From assembly GCA_008632985.1 (NCBI GenBank), contig QPGO01000088.1:124001-188000 (forward strand): 64,000 nucleotides of DNA, given 5' to 3'. Position numbers and translations under genes: made by a program. Below, one piece after another: positions 35,819 through 50,850 of this stretch. Under the pieces are notes generated by a model. The model had not been told where the DNA came from and did no database searches. It saw only the letters and a program-made list of their open reading frames with translations. How positions within the stretch are numbered: position 1 is the stretch's first letter; each line of letters opens with the position of its first letter. The DNA comes from Psammoneis japonica. Its lineage: Eukaryota.

Positions 35819-36869
35819 TTTGAAGGACACCCCATTCTTGGCATGGACAATGACAGTTTTGATGTCAGTGGCATTTTTCTTGCACATCAATTTTCAGGCT
35901 CTGCCATGGCTCATTCCACTTCCCCCATCCTTGTTGGAGCTGGCTCCAACTCATTCTCCTTGGGTTCCTCCTCTGATGTTGCAGCATCTTTGCCTCTGGC
36001 TGCTTCAGCACCTGAAGCCTTGTTGTCCCCCCAGACCCCTTGCAATCCCCTGCAAGCATCAACAAAGTGCCAGGACATTGTTGGCATGAGTGGGTGCACA
36101 GCATCCTTCTCAACAAGGAAGAGACGAGGCAAGCAAGGAAACATTTTGAGCATTGAAAGACACAAGACATGTCAGAAGTGGATTCAGTGATCAAAGCAGA
36201 GGTCAAAGAGGATTGAAAATGAGGTGGCATTGTGTGATGGCTTTTTTGTTGTGCAAAAGTGTTGCAAACACGGTGCATGCTTTTTGGTGGGGACCAGCGC
36301 AAAGACTTCACAGTGAGGGGGGGGGACAGTGATTCTGGCACATCAGCGTGCAAAATGCGTGCATCACATCATGCAATCCTGTGAACCTGCAAAATTTTTA
36401 GATGACTTTGACCAACAGGAAAACATGCCAGAACTTTTGACAGAGGGTTTGGATGCAGGAATGTGTGGGAACACGTGCATGTGTGTGGGCAGGTGCATCA
36501 GCACACCATTGTCAAGCCTGGCAATGGATGATTTGCAGTGCAACTGGCAAAGAATGTCACTTTCTTACAAAAGAGTCAAAATGAACACTCCGCCATGCCC
36601 AGCCTGACAGATGGGAATGGACCATGCCAAAACCCACAGCAGCAACATGAGACAAGAGACAAATGAGCAAGACAAGAGGTGATTGAAAAAGACTCGCCAA
36701 AGTTGTGGCTTGTTGTTGTGGGCACGGGGGCAAGAGGCGTTGGCTCCAACACAGAACCATGTGCTGGTGACAACTGTGATGCAACATGGAGGTGGATTGG
36801 TTGCAACAGGTGGAACTCTTGCCATGTTGAGCACAGAAGATGAGACAATGAGTGAAAAAAAAAGAACAA

Positions 36870-37772
36870 GAACGCCTTGTTCAGACAGTGCAAGTTTCTG
36901 AATGAAAAGGCCATCAACAACAGCGATGGCAAGGTTGCAAAGATTGTGCTGTCTGAAATCAATGTGCTCCAAGAAAAGAGAGCAAGATTTTGGGAAATGC
37001 CAAAGGACAAGGAAAGAAGGCAGACAACAAGAAAGAGGAACAATGCAAGCAAGGAACTCAAGAAAGAATTCTTCTGCAATGCTGCATCAAAACAGAGTGT
37101 GTGCAATGCAGGGCAATGGAAGACAGCTCACGCACATTGCTTTGTGTTTCACAAGTGAGCAGGATGCATGGATCACAAGAAGAGGAACACAAAGCAGATG
37201 AAAATGCCAACATGCTGTCTCTGAACAAGATGCCAGAGGGAAGAGATGGCATGAAAGCCCACAGTTGTTTCACCCCACACTTCCTGCCAACCGTGGTGGG
37301 AAAGACTGTGTGGAAGCATCGGCTCAAATCAAGACATTGCTTGAACAAGTTGGAACAGGCAAGCAACAAGGCATTTGGCCTGCTGGTTTTGAAGAACAAT
37401 TGGAGCAAGTGGGCGCACATGCATGGCAAAAAAAAGGAGGAGTTGAAGGAGGCAAAGAAGGAGGGGCTCATTCCAGAAGCAAAGCACAGCAAAGGGGGGG
37501 AGGGCAATCAAGCAAAATGGAATCAAGGTTGGAGCAAGGTGGGATTGAAAAGGTGCAAAGAGTCAGGCAAAGCAATTCAAGAGCAGAAATTGAGCAAGGA
37601 TGCAAATGAGTGCAGCGAAGTTTGGTTGAGGGAGTTCTGGGAATGCATGGATGGGTCGGAAGAGACCCAAGACAACAATGGCAATCAGTTGCAATCAGAA
37701 GACAATGAAGAGCAGGACATCAAAAACTTGGATTTGTGGCTCCCGGAGGTGCCACAACAGGCAGCTGTTTAA
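36870..37772 (+). pseudogene. Decayed transposon-associated ORF (paralogue at ~55.7-56.7 kb)
   Basis: Motif series FLPTVVG..W, AFGLLVLKNNW..W, GWS..G..R and an acidic tail; a similar series occurs at 56 kb. Confidence 0.45.
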
Positions 37773-40700
37773 AAATTGACATTTGGCAAAAATTCAGCAA
37801 AATGAAAGCTGATGGAATCAACAGACAGGGCAAATTAAAAAGGACAAGAATGAAACAGGGTGGGTGGCTGGTTGGATTTTGCAAAATCACCTGATTCTGG
37901 CAAATTAAGAGGGCGGTCCAGAGATCGCCTGGTGCACTTTTTATGCAGAAACTACACGAGAGCCAAGCACGCACATTCCCACATGGACGCAGTGCAAAAA
38001 CACCAAGCGGCACTCCATCACGACTCCTCGCGACACCCCACCTGATGAGAATCCATCAAAATGGCGTCGTGCACATCTTTCTGCAGCTCCTCTTTCACTT
38101 GCCCGATTTCTCCAAAAGGGCCAGGGAAAAGCTCATGCATTTCTGTTGTGATGGAACAATGTAAATGCAAGTTGTTTTTTCATTCCAAAATCTCAGAATG
38201 CAGCGCAACATGTTGTCAAGGCGAGCTTGCACGTTGGCGGTGACAACTCCAGTGAATGTTCACTCCACAAAAACAACAGCGACATGATGCCCCAGAAAAA
38301 TGAGCTCTGCACTCTAACGGCAAGTTATTTGGCTAATTTTTCTTTAGGGCTTGCACTCTTGTGCTGTTTTTGGAGACTTGGCACTGTGCATGATTTGCCC
38401 CGACTTTCACCTCCACAAATGTGTTGCACAGACTTAGCAAATGAGGCAAACAAGTCACATGTTTCTATGTCACAAACTGCCTTGTAGCTGTGAGACTCAA
38501 CGCAAACCATCACAATTGCCATGGTGCGTTTCTCTGTTGAACAAAACTCCGCATCACCTTTTGGATGCACGTCAAATGCTCGGCCAAATTGCTCTGCGAC
38601 AAATTGGAGCTGCCAAGAGCTTGAACATCTTCAGACACCACAGACCCAAGCTTCCACATTTGTTGTGAAGCCATCCGGATGCTGTGTCTGTGACTTGGAC
38701 TTGTCATCAGACTGCCGTGGCCGTTGCAAGGTAGAAGTGACACTCAAAGGAAGCATTTCTCTCTCAGGGATGGCTCATGGCAAGGGAGACCCCACAGAAC
38801 AAAACAACAATGAGGAAAGACAACATGTGTGTAAGTTGAAAGAATGTGAACGTATGAGCACTCAACGAAATGCACAGAATGAATGGTGATGCATGAGCTG
38901 CGTTTTGATGCAACAAAATCGGCGGTGTCAACACCAATCTTCAGTTCAAAATTTCACCATCAGCTGCCCATGTGAACCTGTGCACTCTCAAGCTTGTCAC
39001 ATGCCTCATGCTGTGACGTGTGATGTTCCGTTGAGAGTACACTACAAAGTACCTCAGAAACAGCCGCATTTTTGAAATCGGCAAAACGCCATTGTCCGTG
39101 TTATTTTGCGTGTTGTTTTGCGTCGCGAGCCAGAAAACACTCCCAAAAACTGTTCTACAGGGCGAAATGCACTGAATCTACACAGATTTGGGTTGCACCA
39201 GGCCACGTAGAAAATGAACGGGCCGAGAACTGTGGTGCGCCCTCTTAAGAATCCCAACATCCGGGTCACTTTGGGTGGGTTAGACAGCTGCCAGTGCCTC
39301 CTGGTTGCTTGAGGTTCACACATCATCACCCTGTGTTTCATGCACAAAGCCACACATTGTCATGGCACATGATGTGGCTTTTTGAAGTTGCGTCCCATGC
39401 AATGCTCAGAACAAACAAAAACAACACATCTCCCACCATGGGACTTGATCATTTGCAGCTTGGTGGCTGCAATGTTGATCAAGATGAGAGAGTGCAGTCA
39501 CACCACCACAAAACAGTGCTCTTTTTGATGGCTGTGCTGAATTTCTTGGCACCATTGACTGACATGCCATGTTTGGACATGCCAACAAGCAGCGTGTTTG
39601 CCAACTTCTGTGAGGTGCAATTGTTGGCATCCAAGGAATGCACACATGTGAATGGCGTCATTTTTGTTTCTGCAAGTTTCCCATGACAGATGCATTGACA
39701 ACACACCATGATGCATGACATGGAAAAGGAACAATGGAAGAATGTCTTTTTTCCCAAAGAGAGAAGAAGAGCCAATTTGTGCAAAAAGCACAGTTGTTGG
39801 ATGCTGCAAACAATTGTTGGCACCAGCGACTCTCCCATTTGGGTCTTGGCAATTGTCTCTTCTTGTTTGGAATTTGGAACATTTTTTGCTTCCTCATCAA
39901 AGCAACAAGTGCAGTCACAACACCTTGCCTTTTTCACCCCATGGTGTCAATGCAGCTTGGCTGCATGCATGATGCAGCATGTGGTGCATTTTGTCATGGG
40001 ACAGTGTGTGAAACCCAACAGTGCAATGGGTGGGACCTCCAAACCGCTGGCAATTGGATCTGCAATCAGCTTGTTGAGCTTGTTCCGAATCCATGGTCAA
40101 ACAGGTTGGAGGGGGTGTCCTTCCTTGTGTCTGCACATCATGTGCAACGGAAGCTGATTTTGCTGCCAGCAAACACTCCAGCTGGCCACCCAACATGGAT
40201 GCAGTGAGGGAGAGCACATGAGAAATGCAAGAGCATCAGAGTTGTTTGAGCGGTGGGACTGACATTGCAAATGAGGTGCCCGAATTGTCAACAAGCACAT
40301 GGGTGTTGCTCCACCCCATTGAATGTGGCAGGACCTCAAATGCAATGAGCCCAAAACCCACATTCAAAATGAAAGACAGACCCAAATTGTTCAATTGCCC
40401 CCCAGGTGAGTTGTCACCCCTCTGATGCATTGATGCTGCACCAGTCTCTGTTGATGTGAGTGGCACTTTTGCTGCACTCAAAATTGATGGCTGCAGCTCA
40501 TTGTGAAAATTTGCCATCCATTTTGTTGAAACCAGAAATGTCACATCTGTGATGGTTTGTTGCTGACTGCTTGCTGGGTGTTGTGATGCTCATGAACACC
40601 ACAAAACAAGGGGTGGCATTGCAAGATTTCATCTTGCAAACACAGTGCATGTGGTTGTCAGACTGTGTGTGCAGGCCTGTGTGTGAGTGTGTGAGGTGAA

Positions 40701-43700
40701 AGTGGAACATGCGCAGAGTTGCCTCACTGCCGGCACTGAGTGAGTTGACAGGCAATGGATTTTTGCCGGGCCCCAATCTGCCGCACGGACTCCACAAGGA
40801 AGACAAATTTGTGTTCAATTGCAAGGCTTTTGCACAACATAAAAAAATTCTCATGCTTTTTGTGCATGGATGCAGCCACTCAAAAATTTAACAGAACATC
40901 CCAAAAGAGCTTTGGAGCCTGAATAAAAATTCCCATTTAATGGGAACAAGGTCATTGCAAAGTGCTTCTCAAAATGTCTCCAGTGAAACATGTGCTGTCA
41001 CCAAAACAGAGGCCTGTTGGCAAAACAGAACCCTGTCCTTTGTGTGCAATGACAGCGCACAATGACACACAACAACACCATGGCAAGCATTTCCAGATGA
41101 GATCAAAGTGATTCAACAATGTTCATGTGCTTCATTCTTGGGTCAAGTTGGGGCTTTCCTTGCTGCTTGTTGTCATGTCATTTTACATCATTTTCACCCA
41201 TGCCCATGTTTTTTGCTTTGAAGTGAGGCCTCGTGGTCTTGCACACATCATCTCATGTGCCGCCAGCTGCACCAACAGCTTTTCCTGCAACAGGGTGTGG
41301 TCAGTTGCATTGTCAGACCAAACCCAAATGTGCATGACCAACTGGCCCCACCCCGGCCAGCTCATGCTCAAATCTTTGGCACACAGGACAAACACATGGA
41401 ATTCTGCAGGACAATTTTAGCCACTGGCCAAATTTGTTTGGGATGTCCCCATGCCTGTTGGACTGCACTGTGGAATGTGCAGCAGTTTCCCCTCCTTTTT
41501 CATTGGCGTGCATGTTCAAAGTCACGCAAAAAATCTCATCAGATTCCAGTTTTTGAAGCTGCCACTGCAAACAATGGTTGCAACATGTGCTGCAAGCAAC
41601 ACACACATGTGCACAAGCAAATGTGGACAAAACATGGACATTTTCTGAGAAAAGGCACACAGGCTGTGCAACTGCAGTGCAATGGAAGGTGTGTTTGAAG
41701 CTTGTTCCCAAACGGTGTTTGCACTTGCAACATGGCAACCACAATGAGACAACAAATGACATCTCCTCTTGTTCTGTTGTGACACTCAACAAGCATTCTT
41801 GCCTGCTGAATCTGACAGCAACTTGCAAGTCCTCTCTGAGCTTTCACACACACACCTTCATGCTTGCATCTGAACTTTGCTGCATCAGGTGCCACAAACC
41901 TGAGTGACACAACAAGCAAATTGGTTGGAGAAACATGGGCACTTTGTGAGAAAAGAGTGTGGGTCATGAGATTGCAGTGCAGCACAGCTCTGCACAAGAC
42001 AAAAGTGTTGCTCTTGAAACACACTCACAGACAGCTGCACAGCAGAAATGGTTTTTGAAGTGCATCTTGAGCAGCACCCATGTGAAACACAGAAACCAAA
42101 ACAAGACAAAATGTTTCTTGTTTTGGGCTGCCATGGCACCCAGCAAGCAACTGTTGAGAAACCTCAAAGACAGCTCTCATGTTGCCTTGTCAGTGCTCTT
42201 CAAATGAGAAAGGTCCTGCTGGCAAAATGAGTCAAACTTTGCACCACAATCTTGACCACAACAAAATGTGAGTGTGTCTGGTTGCACACAAATCTGAGAT
42301 GTGCACTGGCATGACAAAATTTCTTTCATTGTGACCAGCCAGTTTTGTCTTACATTGTCAATTGCTTGATGCAAGCCCAGCATGCCGGTGCAAAGACAAG
42401 CAATCCTGCACATTAAATCATGGCACAATGATGAATGTTGACTCACAAGTTGACTTGTCCAACACAATCTTGTTGCCTGCCACATGTTGCTGCCATCATG
42501 TTGCTTGCGCCAAGCATCTCCATCTCACTCCATTTGCAACATGAAGAATGGTGCATTTCTTTGCTGTGACAAATGACCGTCCAGTGTGTGGCAAACATTT
42601 TCTTCTAACTGGTCTTCAACATCACCCCAGAACTCATTTTCCCTGCAAACTCTCCTTTTCTCACAGCATTTGTGCTGTTTCAGGCAACAAATTGAAGGAC
42701 AATCATTGCAAACATCTGCAAACAGGAGAATCCAAAGAACTGGGTGATGCCACTCCCTCTTCTGCCTTTTCCCCTCCCCCCATTGAATTTGTTGCAATGG
42801 GGTTTCACTTCAACACCGGGTCCACTCTGCAAGTTCACGCACAACTCAATCCCTGGGCACTGAGATCAAATGGTGCAGTCACCCCAGCATGAGAGCCACA
42901 ATCTTCTCACAACACTGCCATCATGCCAGCCACCAATGATGTTTCAGAGTGCCGATGCCCTGACAAAAAAGGGTTTGGCTCTGATTCATTTGATGGTGCT
43001 GCATCTCCTTTTGTCAACAAGGGTGCCACCACTGTTGTCAAATCAGGTTCTTTTGCTGCACTGGATCAAGTTGTGCACCTTTCCGCTGACAAGGATCTTG
43101 TTGCTCCCAAAGCACACAACAGCAAAACCATCTTCATGGCTGGCATGTTGAGTCTGTGTTGCTCCAAGGGTGTCCCAACTGCCGGGTAAAAACCAATTGT
43201 GTGTTTCATGTGACATTTTTGTCTGAACTGCTGCCTGCCTGCCACAAATTTTGACCATGCACAGAATTGGCACTGGGTTCTGCATGACAAACTTTAGCCA
43301 CATGCGCAGTGCCTGGCACTGAAAAAAGGCCACATGTGCTCTCTAATGGGACACAGCATGCAGGTGCAACATCAGAGGCCCGTTTCCATGAATTGTCTTG
43401 TGGTCTGACCAATGGACATTGTTTGTGATGGCATTTGTGAGAGCCCACACATGCATTCATTTGTGATGAATCATGGTGATTTAACACAAATCATGACCAT
43501 TCACCACAAACAGTCGTGATTGAAAACAAACAAATGTCCACACCAACCAACAAATGTCCGCGGACTTTCCAAAACAGCCACCAATCCTAACAAATTGGGT
43601 GCAACCCAGTCAGTTGATGACTCTGAACTGGTTGCTTCATGGGATTTTACTTTTCTCATTGCTGCTGACTGGGTGATGACTGAGTGCAGTGTTTTGATTT

Positions 43701-46700
43701 GTTTTCAATTTTTTGCGGTTGAAGTCGCTCAACAGGAAGCCTCCTCCAAGGAAGAAAATGGAAAAACCACTTCCACCCACCGCTTTTCCTCACAGGAAGG
43801 ACACGTTTTTTGCCACGGACCATGGCAAAAATGATGCTTTCGATCACCAACCGGAAATGATTCAGCATGTTGTCAAGCACCCAAAGCTGCGCGGATTTGC
43901 TTTTTTGCTGGAGGATGACTTTGACAAGTTGCAGCTGGATCAGTTGTTTGTCGAATCTTGGAAGATTTTGAAAACCATCAAAACCAAGGGGGAGGAAAAT
44001 TCTTGCCCTCCACATCATGTGCTGGACTCTGTTGCATGTCCCATTGTCCTGGAACACACCGATGGTCTTTCACAAGGAAATCATGGAATGTGCTCAAACG
44101 TCAAGAGATGCATTGACAACAGGTTGTGCAAAACTGTCTCAAAGAAAATGGTGGATGTGTCAGCCTCACAGGAATCATGTGATGGGGAGAACATGGCAGT
44201 TCAAAATCTGCACCAGTTCTCTTGCCCTGTGCAGAATTGTGTTGTGAAGCACCGTCAGAAGAAACCAACAATCAAGGGAAATGGATGCACCAGTGGACAT
44301 TGTCTGACATGAGACATGCTCTTCTTTCTTGGAGCACATTCTCTGCTGCCATGCATTTTGTCATCATTCGCACAGACACCTGGCAGTCATGCAGAAGGAC
44401 CATGCTGTGATTTGCTTTGGGACACAGCGAGTGGTTGGATGCATGGACACCATCCTGTGCCACGGCAACAACTCTGCTGACTTTGACTTGGGAAAGGTTG
44501 AAGCTCAGAACCACAAGGACTTTCATCATTTGAATGAAGATGATGTCACAGATCATCAAGCAAGCAACAGTCCACAGGAGAATGATGCAGGTTCAACTCA
44601 CAATTGGCAGATTGCTCATTGTCATCACAATTGTCATCCAGATCATAAAAAACACAAACGCGAGGAGTGCATCTTGAGACATCAGCGGGGGACTCAAAGC
44701 GGCAAGAATGACCACAGGGAAACCGATTGTCAATTGACGAGGGAGTTGTGGTGCTTGCCAATGAGCTTGGCTTCAATGGAGATGCTGCAGAAGCAACTCC
44801 TCCCAAGGATGGACCAACAGCACTGGTGTCAGGAACATTCTGGATGGGGTCATCATCAGTCGATGATGCACCCGCCAACAATGATTCTCTGTCCAACAAC
44901 ACCTCGACTTTGTCATTGACTGAAGGTTGCAACTTGAAGGCAAGGGCACTGATGGAGTGATTGGCAGACTGTGGGGCATTGGCCATGGTGCCAGTTGACT
45001 GAGCAACAGGATTCTGGTTGTTGTCTTTCTTGGATGAAGTGAGCAGAGGTGCCAGAGAACCAGGAGACACACTGGAGGACTCCTTGCTCTTCTTCCTCCT
45101 CTTGGTGGAAGAGACAAATTGTGCCTTGGCCTCATGGGAAAGGCATGGACACATGAGATTGCAGACACATGATTGCACAATTGCAAGGTTGTGGAACTTG
45201 ACATGATTTGTGTCCTTGCAGGAATGCTTGAAGGTGGAACAGAGCTCACGTTCAACCAACTCTTGGTGTTGTTGTGCCATGCCTTTTGCCAAGGCACAAG
45301 TGTTGATGCAAGCCTTGGCACATTCCAGATGATTGGTGAGGATCTTCTTGGCAACCTTCTGCCCATCCTTCAACTTCTGAGCTGTGTTCATCAGGGTCAA
45401 AACATCATTGCAAAACAGCACGACCTGTTTCCTCTTTTCGCAGCCGGAAAAAATGATGGTCAACCAGTGTCGAAAATTGCCAAACTCTTTGTTGACGTGA
45501 GGCAGAAAGCAACAGTCCATTGTGGCAGCAGCAATGCTCAGGCATTGTGCAAAAAAATCCAATTTGGATCTGAAGCCAGTGAGCCAAAGGAAGCAAGGGT
45601 CATTGCCAATTCGTTTGCTCACTGTCATCTCACATAAATTGTCAATGATTGCATGGAAATGTTTGCTGAATTTCGGAAAGATTGGACAAGGTTTCGGCCA
45701 GGTTGCAGTGCTCCAGAACACACCTCCCATCTTGGCAACAAAAACACATCCAGCCACAACTTTTTGCACATGAAAACCATCTTTACAGCCAAGAGAATGG
45801 GCAACTGTGTGTCGTTGACCATCAACATTTCCATGAAGAAATGGGAGGCTCGATTCTGGTGGTTATGACAAATGAAGGGCAGGGCAATGAGATCAGCGGA
45901 GGGAGTCCATTTGTGAGTCATAATGAACTGCTGAAGGCTGTGCTGCACATTGATGATTTTTTAAAATTGAGACTTTGTCATGTGGGCACCGTCAACACCA
46001 TTTGTGTGCACTTTGGCATGGTTGTCAGGAACAGAACCATTGCTTCCATCTAAAGAATTGTCACCCACATCGTCTTTGTCAGAAAAAAAAGATCACTGGC
46101 ACAACCGCGAAGGTCTCTGGATGCAGACGGCATCCTGGTGTGATCATTGCCTGGAGCAGATGAGTTGTTGCCATCAGAGTCATTGTCAGAGCTAAGATTG
46201 ACATCATCAGAGAGGCTTGCCACCATGTTGGAGGGCAAAAAAATGTCATCAAGCACCCCGTCGTGGTCAGGAGACGTGACAAAGCGGTGAGATGGTCGAG
46301 TTTTGCATTCGGCTGTTATCCCCGAATGACTCAGAGCAAGAAAAGTGTCGCGGCTTTTGCTTGGGTGTGACTTTGAGCAGGGGCATGATCGCAAAGGTGG
46401 GAGAGGCAAACTGCCATTGGCAATCGTGGCATGAACAGAGGAAGTGGAAACCCATGGACTTCTTGTTGTGCCACTTTCGCGGTTCTGCACTGACTCACCA
46501 AAAACACAGGGGACTGGATCCGTGGATCACAAGTGGAAGGGACAAATGCCCCAAACACAATCACTCAGGTGGGTGGCACATGTGAAAGATTGTGGCTCGC
46601 TGGTGGGAAGGGGGTTCAGGAGGGAAAGCAGAAAAGGGTGGAAATTTTTGCGGAATGATCAACATCCATCATGAGGACGGAAATGCAGAACTTTTGGCAA

Positions 46701-47675
46701 AAATGCCACATCCAACATGAAAATGAATGTTCTTCAGTTGGCACGAAATGCAACCATCCTTGGTTGAGGGAATGATGCAGCCATGTGACTTGGCATGTTG
46801 GCATTCAAGTCAACAAATGCAAATTAAATAAAATGGGTTCTGGGGCAACAGGTGCAAGATGTGCTTGTCTCCGAATTCAAAATGAATGAAAATGTGGCCT
46901 TTCTAACAAGTGAATGTTGATTTTAATCTGCAGGGGGGTCTGCCAATGTGGGCACACATGCACATGCCATGAGATGGTGGGGTTTGATGACCTGTGACTA
47001 AAGGCCTTTTCCACAGGTCTCTGATGAACAGCAAGACAGTGGCCCCTCATCTTTGCCACTCCATTGGCACCTTCTCAATGCAGCTTGACCACAGGCATTG
47101 AATTCTGTTGTTGGTGCTTTGACAGCAATGCTGCAAGTGCTCTGGCAGTGCTGCCATTGGGGCACACTTGGGGAGAGCATCTTGATGAGGCATGACTGGT
47201 CTTTTCTGTGCTTGACCCAAATCTGGAGGATGCATTTGTGCAACATTTGTTGCCAGCTTTGCTGTTGCGCAGCCAACTTTTTAACTCACAACAGTTGGTT
47301 TTCAATGTGGTTGCTGCAATCACAGGTGTTTGCAGCACCTTTTGGGATCTCCCTCAATTCCACCAATTGCTGATGCACACACGGAGCACATTGTAACCCC
47401 ACGCATTTGTTCCCTGTTTTTGCCCATGTCTGTGCATCCGGCACATCATGTGTGGCATTTGAAAAAAAGAGAAAAAATGTCAAAGGCATCACACTTTTCC
47501 ATCAGACATTGATGCATGTGGGATTCAGCACACATTCTGTGTGTGGTTCCTTTGTTGTCTTTGTGTGTGTTTGCTTGTGTGTGCAGAAACCAGCACACTT
47601 CCTGTGTGTGCCTTTTTTGTGACAGCTGTCCAAACCCTGCCAGACTGACACACAAACCACACAATTAATTTTTAC

Positions 47676-50600
47676 ATGGCCAGCACAACCAACAAAATTC
47701 TTGGAACTTTGCAAGAGGAATTCTTGAGTGGCAGGTTGTTCACCAACAAACAAATCCCCTCTTCTCAAACTTTCATCTCAAAGCTCAAGTCAACGTTGCC
47801 CAGCATTGTTGCTCTGGTGCCAAAGCAAGTTCTCCTTGAGTCTGTGTCCATTGTCAACCAATTCAAAAACAACAAACTGCAAGAGCTGTCTCCCGAAATC
47901 CCTGTGTGCAACTTTTCTCTTCAGCTGCAGGACTTGATTGACAATCCTCTTTTTGCAGACCTTTCCAATCTTGACATTTCTCCTGAGTTACACTGGTCTC
48001 AGGTCCACTCCAGTGAACCCATGCTGGACAAGAACAGAGACTGGCAACTGCTTTGTGATGATGCAGAAATGAAGGATGGAGAAACTCACAGCAACTGTTT
48101 GCACAGATTCTGTGGTCCTGCTCTCTCTGGATCCTTTCCTGTGTTTGTTGTGTGCTGCACCAACAAAACCAGGAAAGGACAGGTTGTGCCCCATTCAATG
48201 GAGCCATTTGTTTTCTCTGCAACTCTCATCAAGGCAGGTGCCCATGGGCATTTTGAAGCATGGCACCCTCCAGGCTTTGTCCTGAAATTCACTGGCTGCA
48301 AAACCAAGAACACTGTTTTTGGCATGAATGTCAGAAATTGCTGTCACCACACTGCATCTGCTTTTCTCACATCCACAATTGAAGTGCAAGAATCACTGCA
48401 CAATTGCTCATGGCATCATTTCAATGGGCAATGCCGTCAATGCAGCACAAGTCACTGGCCGTGTTTTGGGACGTGAAAACACCTGTTGCATTGGTCATGC
48501 TTGTCACACATCCTGGACGTGCAGCAACCAACAGCCACATTGATGCAAGCATTTTTCTTGGGAAGTGATGGAGTCTCATGGTTGCTGCCCTTGGACCACC
48601 ACCTGGTGACACCAACAGCCCATGGCATTTGTGCATTGAGTCAACAATTCAGCCACACTGCAACGTCAAAGTCAAAAGCCAAATTTGTTTGATGTCACAC
48701 TCAGTGCTGTTGTTCAGCACATGAACATTTGTGCCACCATGCTGCATGAGGTGTTTGGTGAACACACGGCTGACAATGCATTGTTTCCTCTGCAGAGATG
48801 GGAGACAACCATCAGGGGGTGTTTGTTTTTGCCTCCCCAGACCCGACTCACATTTTTCAAGGTGGCACAGTCCCTCAAATGCTTTCCATGATTGTTGGTG
48901 ATCTGCCTGACCCTGCCAAAGGCCAACCAAATGATTTGGCCAACCGCACATTCAGATTTCAGTGGTGCAGGCCTGGGCAGAGATCAAACTTTCCACCGGT
49001 TGTCCTGCATGATGGTTTTTGCACCTTGTCCAGTTTGACCTGTGACCAAAAGATGGGCAAGCTTTTTGTGCTTGCACTGATGGGTCAGACCAAGGAGGGA
49101 CACAGGACACTTCTCCATCTTCAATGTCATTCTGATTTTGACAAGACAAAGAAAAAGCCAGCCTCCCAGTTCAACAAAGGTCCTCCTGATGACAACTGCA
49201 ATTACAAAGACAAAGACAATGACAGTTGTGCATGCAAAGAAAGGGAACAAGAAGCCAACAATCCTGACCAGGCCATGCTGGACAATGATGAGTCTGCCTG
49301 TGAATCCAACAAACACCAACAAACTCCTCAGGAGGACAACAAAGAGCATGACACAGATGATGAAGAATCTCCCTTGGCTGCCTCCATGGATGGATCTGCT
49401 TCCCCCATGAACAAGCCCCACGCCAATGAAGAATGTGATCCTGCTGACCCCCTTCACAACAATTTCCTGGAGAGTCAATGTCATCATCACGGCCTGTTGC
49501 ACATGCATCCTCACATTTTGCAGATGACTGTGCCACTCAAGCCCACTTGTGCCATGACATTGTGTGGATGCAAACAAGAAATGTCAACCTTGACCAACAA
49601 CTCTGCACTCCCAATGAAAACAATTCTTCCATCAATGAAAGTGCAGGACATTGTGCAGACTGACATCCAAAAACCTTCACACACAGGTGACCAATCATGA
49701 CCAATGTTTTCTTTGCTCCGGTGTTGAAAAAGACTTGCCTCTTACACTCACTTAGAACCAAAACTGTGCACCAATTTTGCTGCACACATCTCTCAGCTCC
49801 TGCAATGGTCTCTGCACAGGGCCTCATCTGCCACTTGGACAGGCAGTGAGGAGCATCATTTTTTCACCACAAAGAAGAGAATTTCCTTCATTTTGTGCTT
49901 TTGTGTTGGGAGGCTGCAATTTGACAAACCTGCCTCTCAGGTTGATTTTTGCAAAACAGCTTGTGCACAGGCTTCCAAGGTCAAACATTTCAAAAAATTC
50001 CACCCAGATCTGGAGCACATCCTGTTTGCACCAAATGACATGCAATTTTGACAGCCCACTCAAGGGTGCATTTGACAGCACCAGAAGGTTGAAGAGCTGT
50101 TCAGAAAGTGCAACGTCCAACAATGGCAGTGACAATCATCTTTTTGGCAAGCACTTTGGTGCTTTGGGTCCCTGAGCTGCCACTGACAGCTCTGGGAAAA
50201 TGCCTTTTGGATTGATTTTATGAGCGACACATTGCATTCTTTGTTCAACGTCAGAATGTTCTTGTGCAAGCAATGGATCTTTGACATGATGCAACACAAG
50301 CAACACAGCAATGGACAGAACATCCAGGTGATGATGGACAACTGCCTGCCACCAATCAATCAAAAACTGCAAGCCCACCTGCCATGTGCACACCACACAA
50401 AACCAACAGCCACCAACAATCTGCATTGTGCACCATCAGAGGCCACAATGCAGCAATTTTTGCTGTCATTGGTCTCTCTTGTCACATTGAACTGTGTTTT
50501 TTCTAATCTTTTAAATTCAACCATTGCATTTGAAAGTTGTTTTGACAATGAGACTGACCCGCGCATTTCATGAGAAGTTCCGTTGCCTGTTTGCATTGAG

Positions 50601-50850
50601 ATCTTTTTACAAAGCAATTTAAATTTTGGTTTTTGTTTTGCATTTGATCCTTTGGTCTGTGATGACCAAACCTCTTTTCCATTTGTGCTTTGTGTTTGAA
50701 CATGGTTTTTACTTTCTCCACCCTGTTTGTGCATCACTGCATTTGCTGGCATCTTGCCTGTGCCCAAGTCATGTCCATGTGTGTGCTTCCCTCATTGTGC
50801 CCAACTTTGTCCAGAATTTCAGTGCATGTTTCTCTGCTGCATTGTCAGCT
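47676..50850 (+). pseudogene. Decayed transposase, tentatively Plavaka-like
   Basis: QLQDLIDNPLF, V(C)(C)TNKT, EPFVFS..AW.P.GF, NVRN(C), FP...GF..L..LT..QKMGKLFVL resemble that family from memory. Multiple frameshifts; needs an HMM check. Confidence 0.5.

Noticed and set aside
39040..39049. CACTA transposon terminus (CACTACAAAG)
   Set aside because: No matching inverted end or 3-bp TSD was found in the window.
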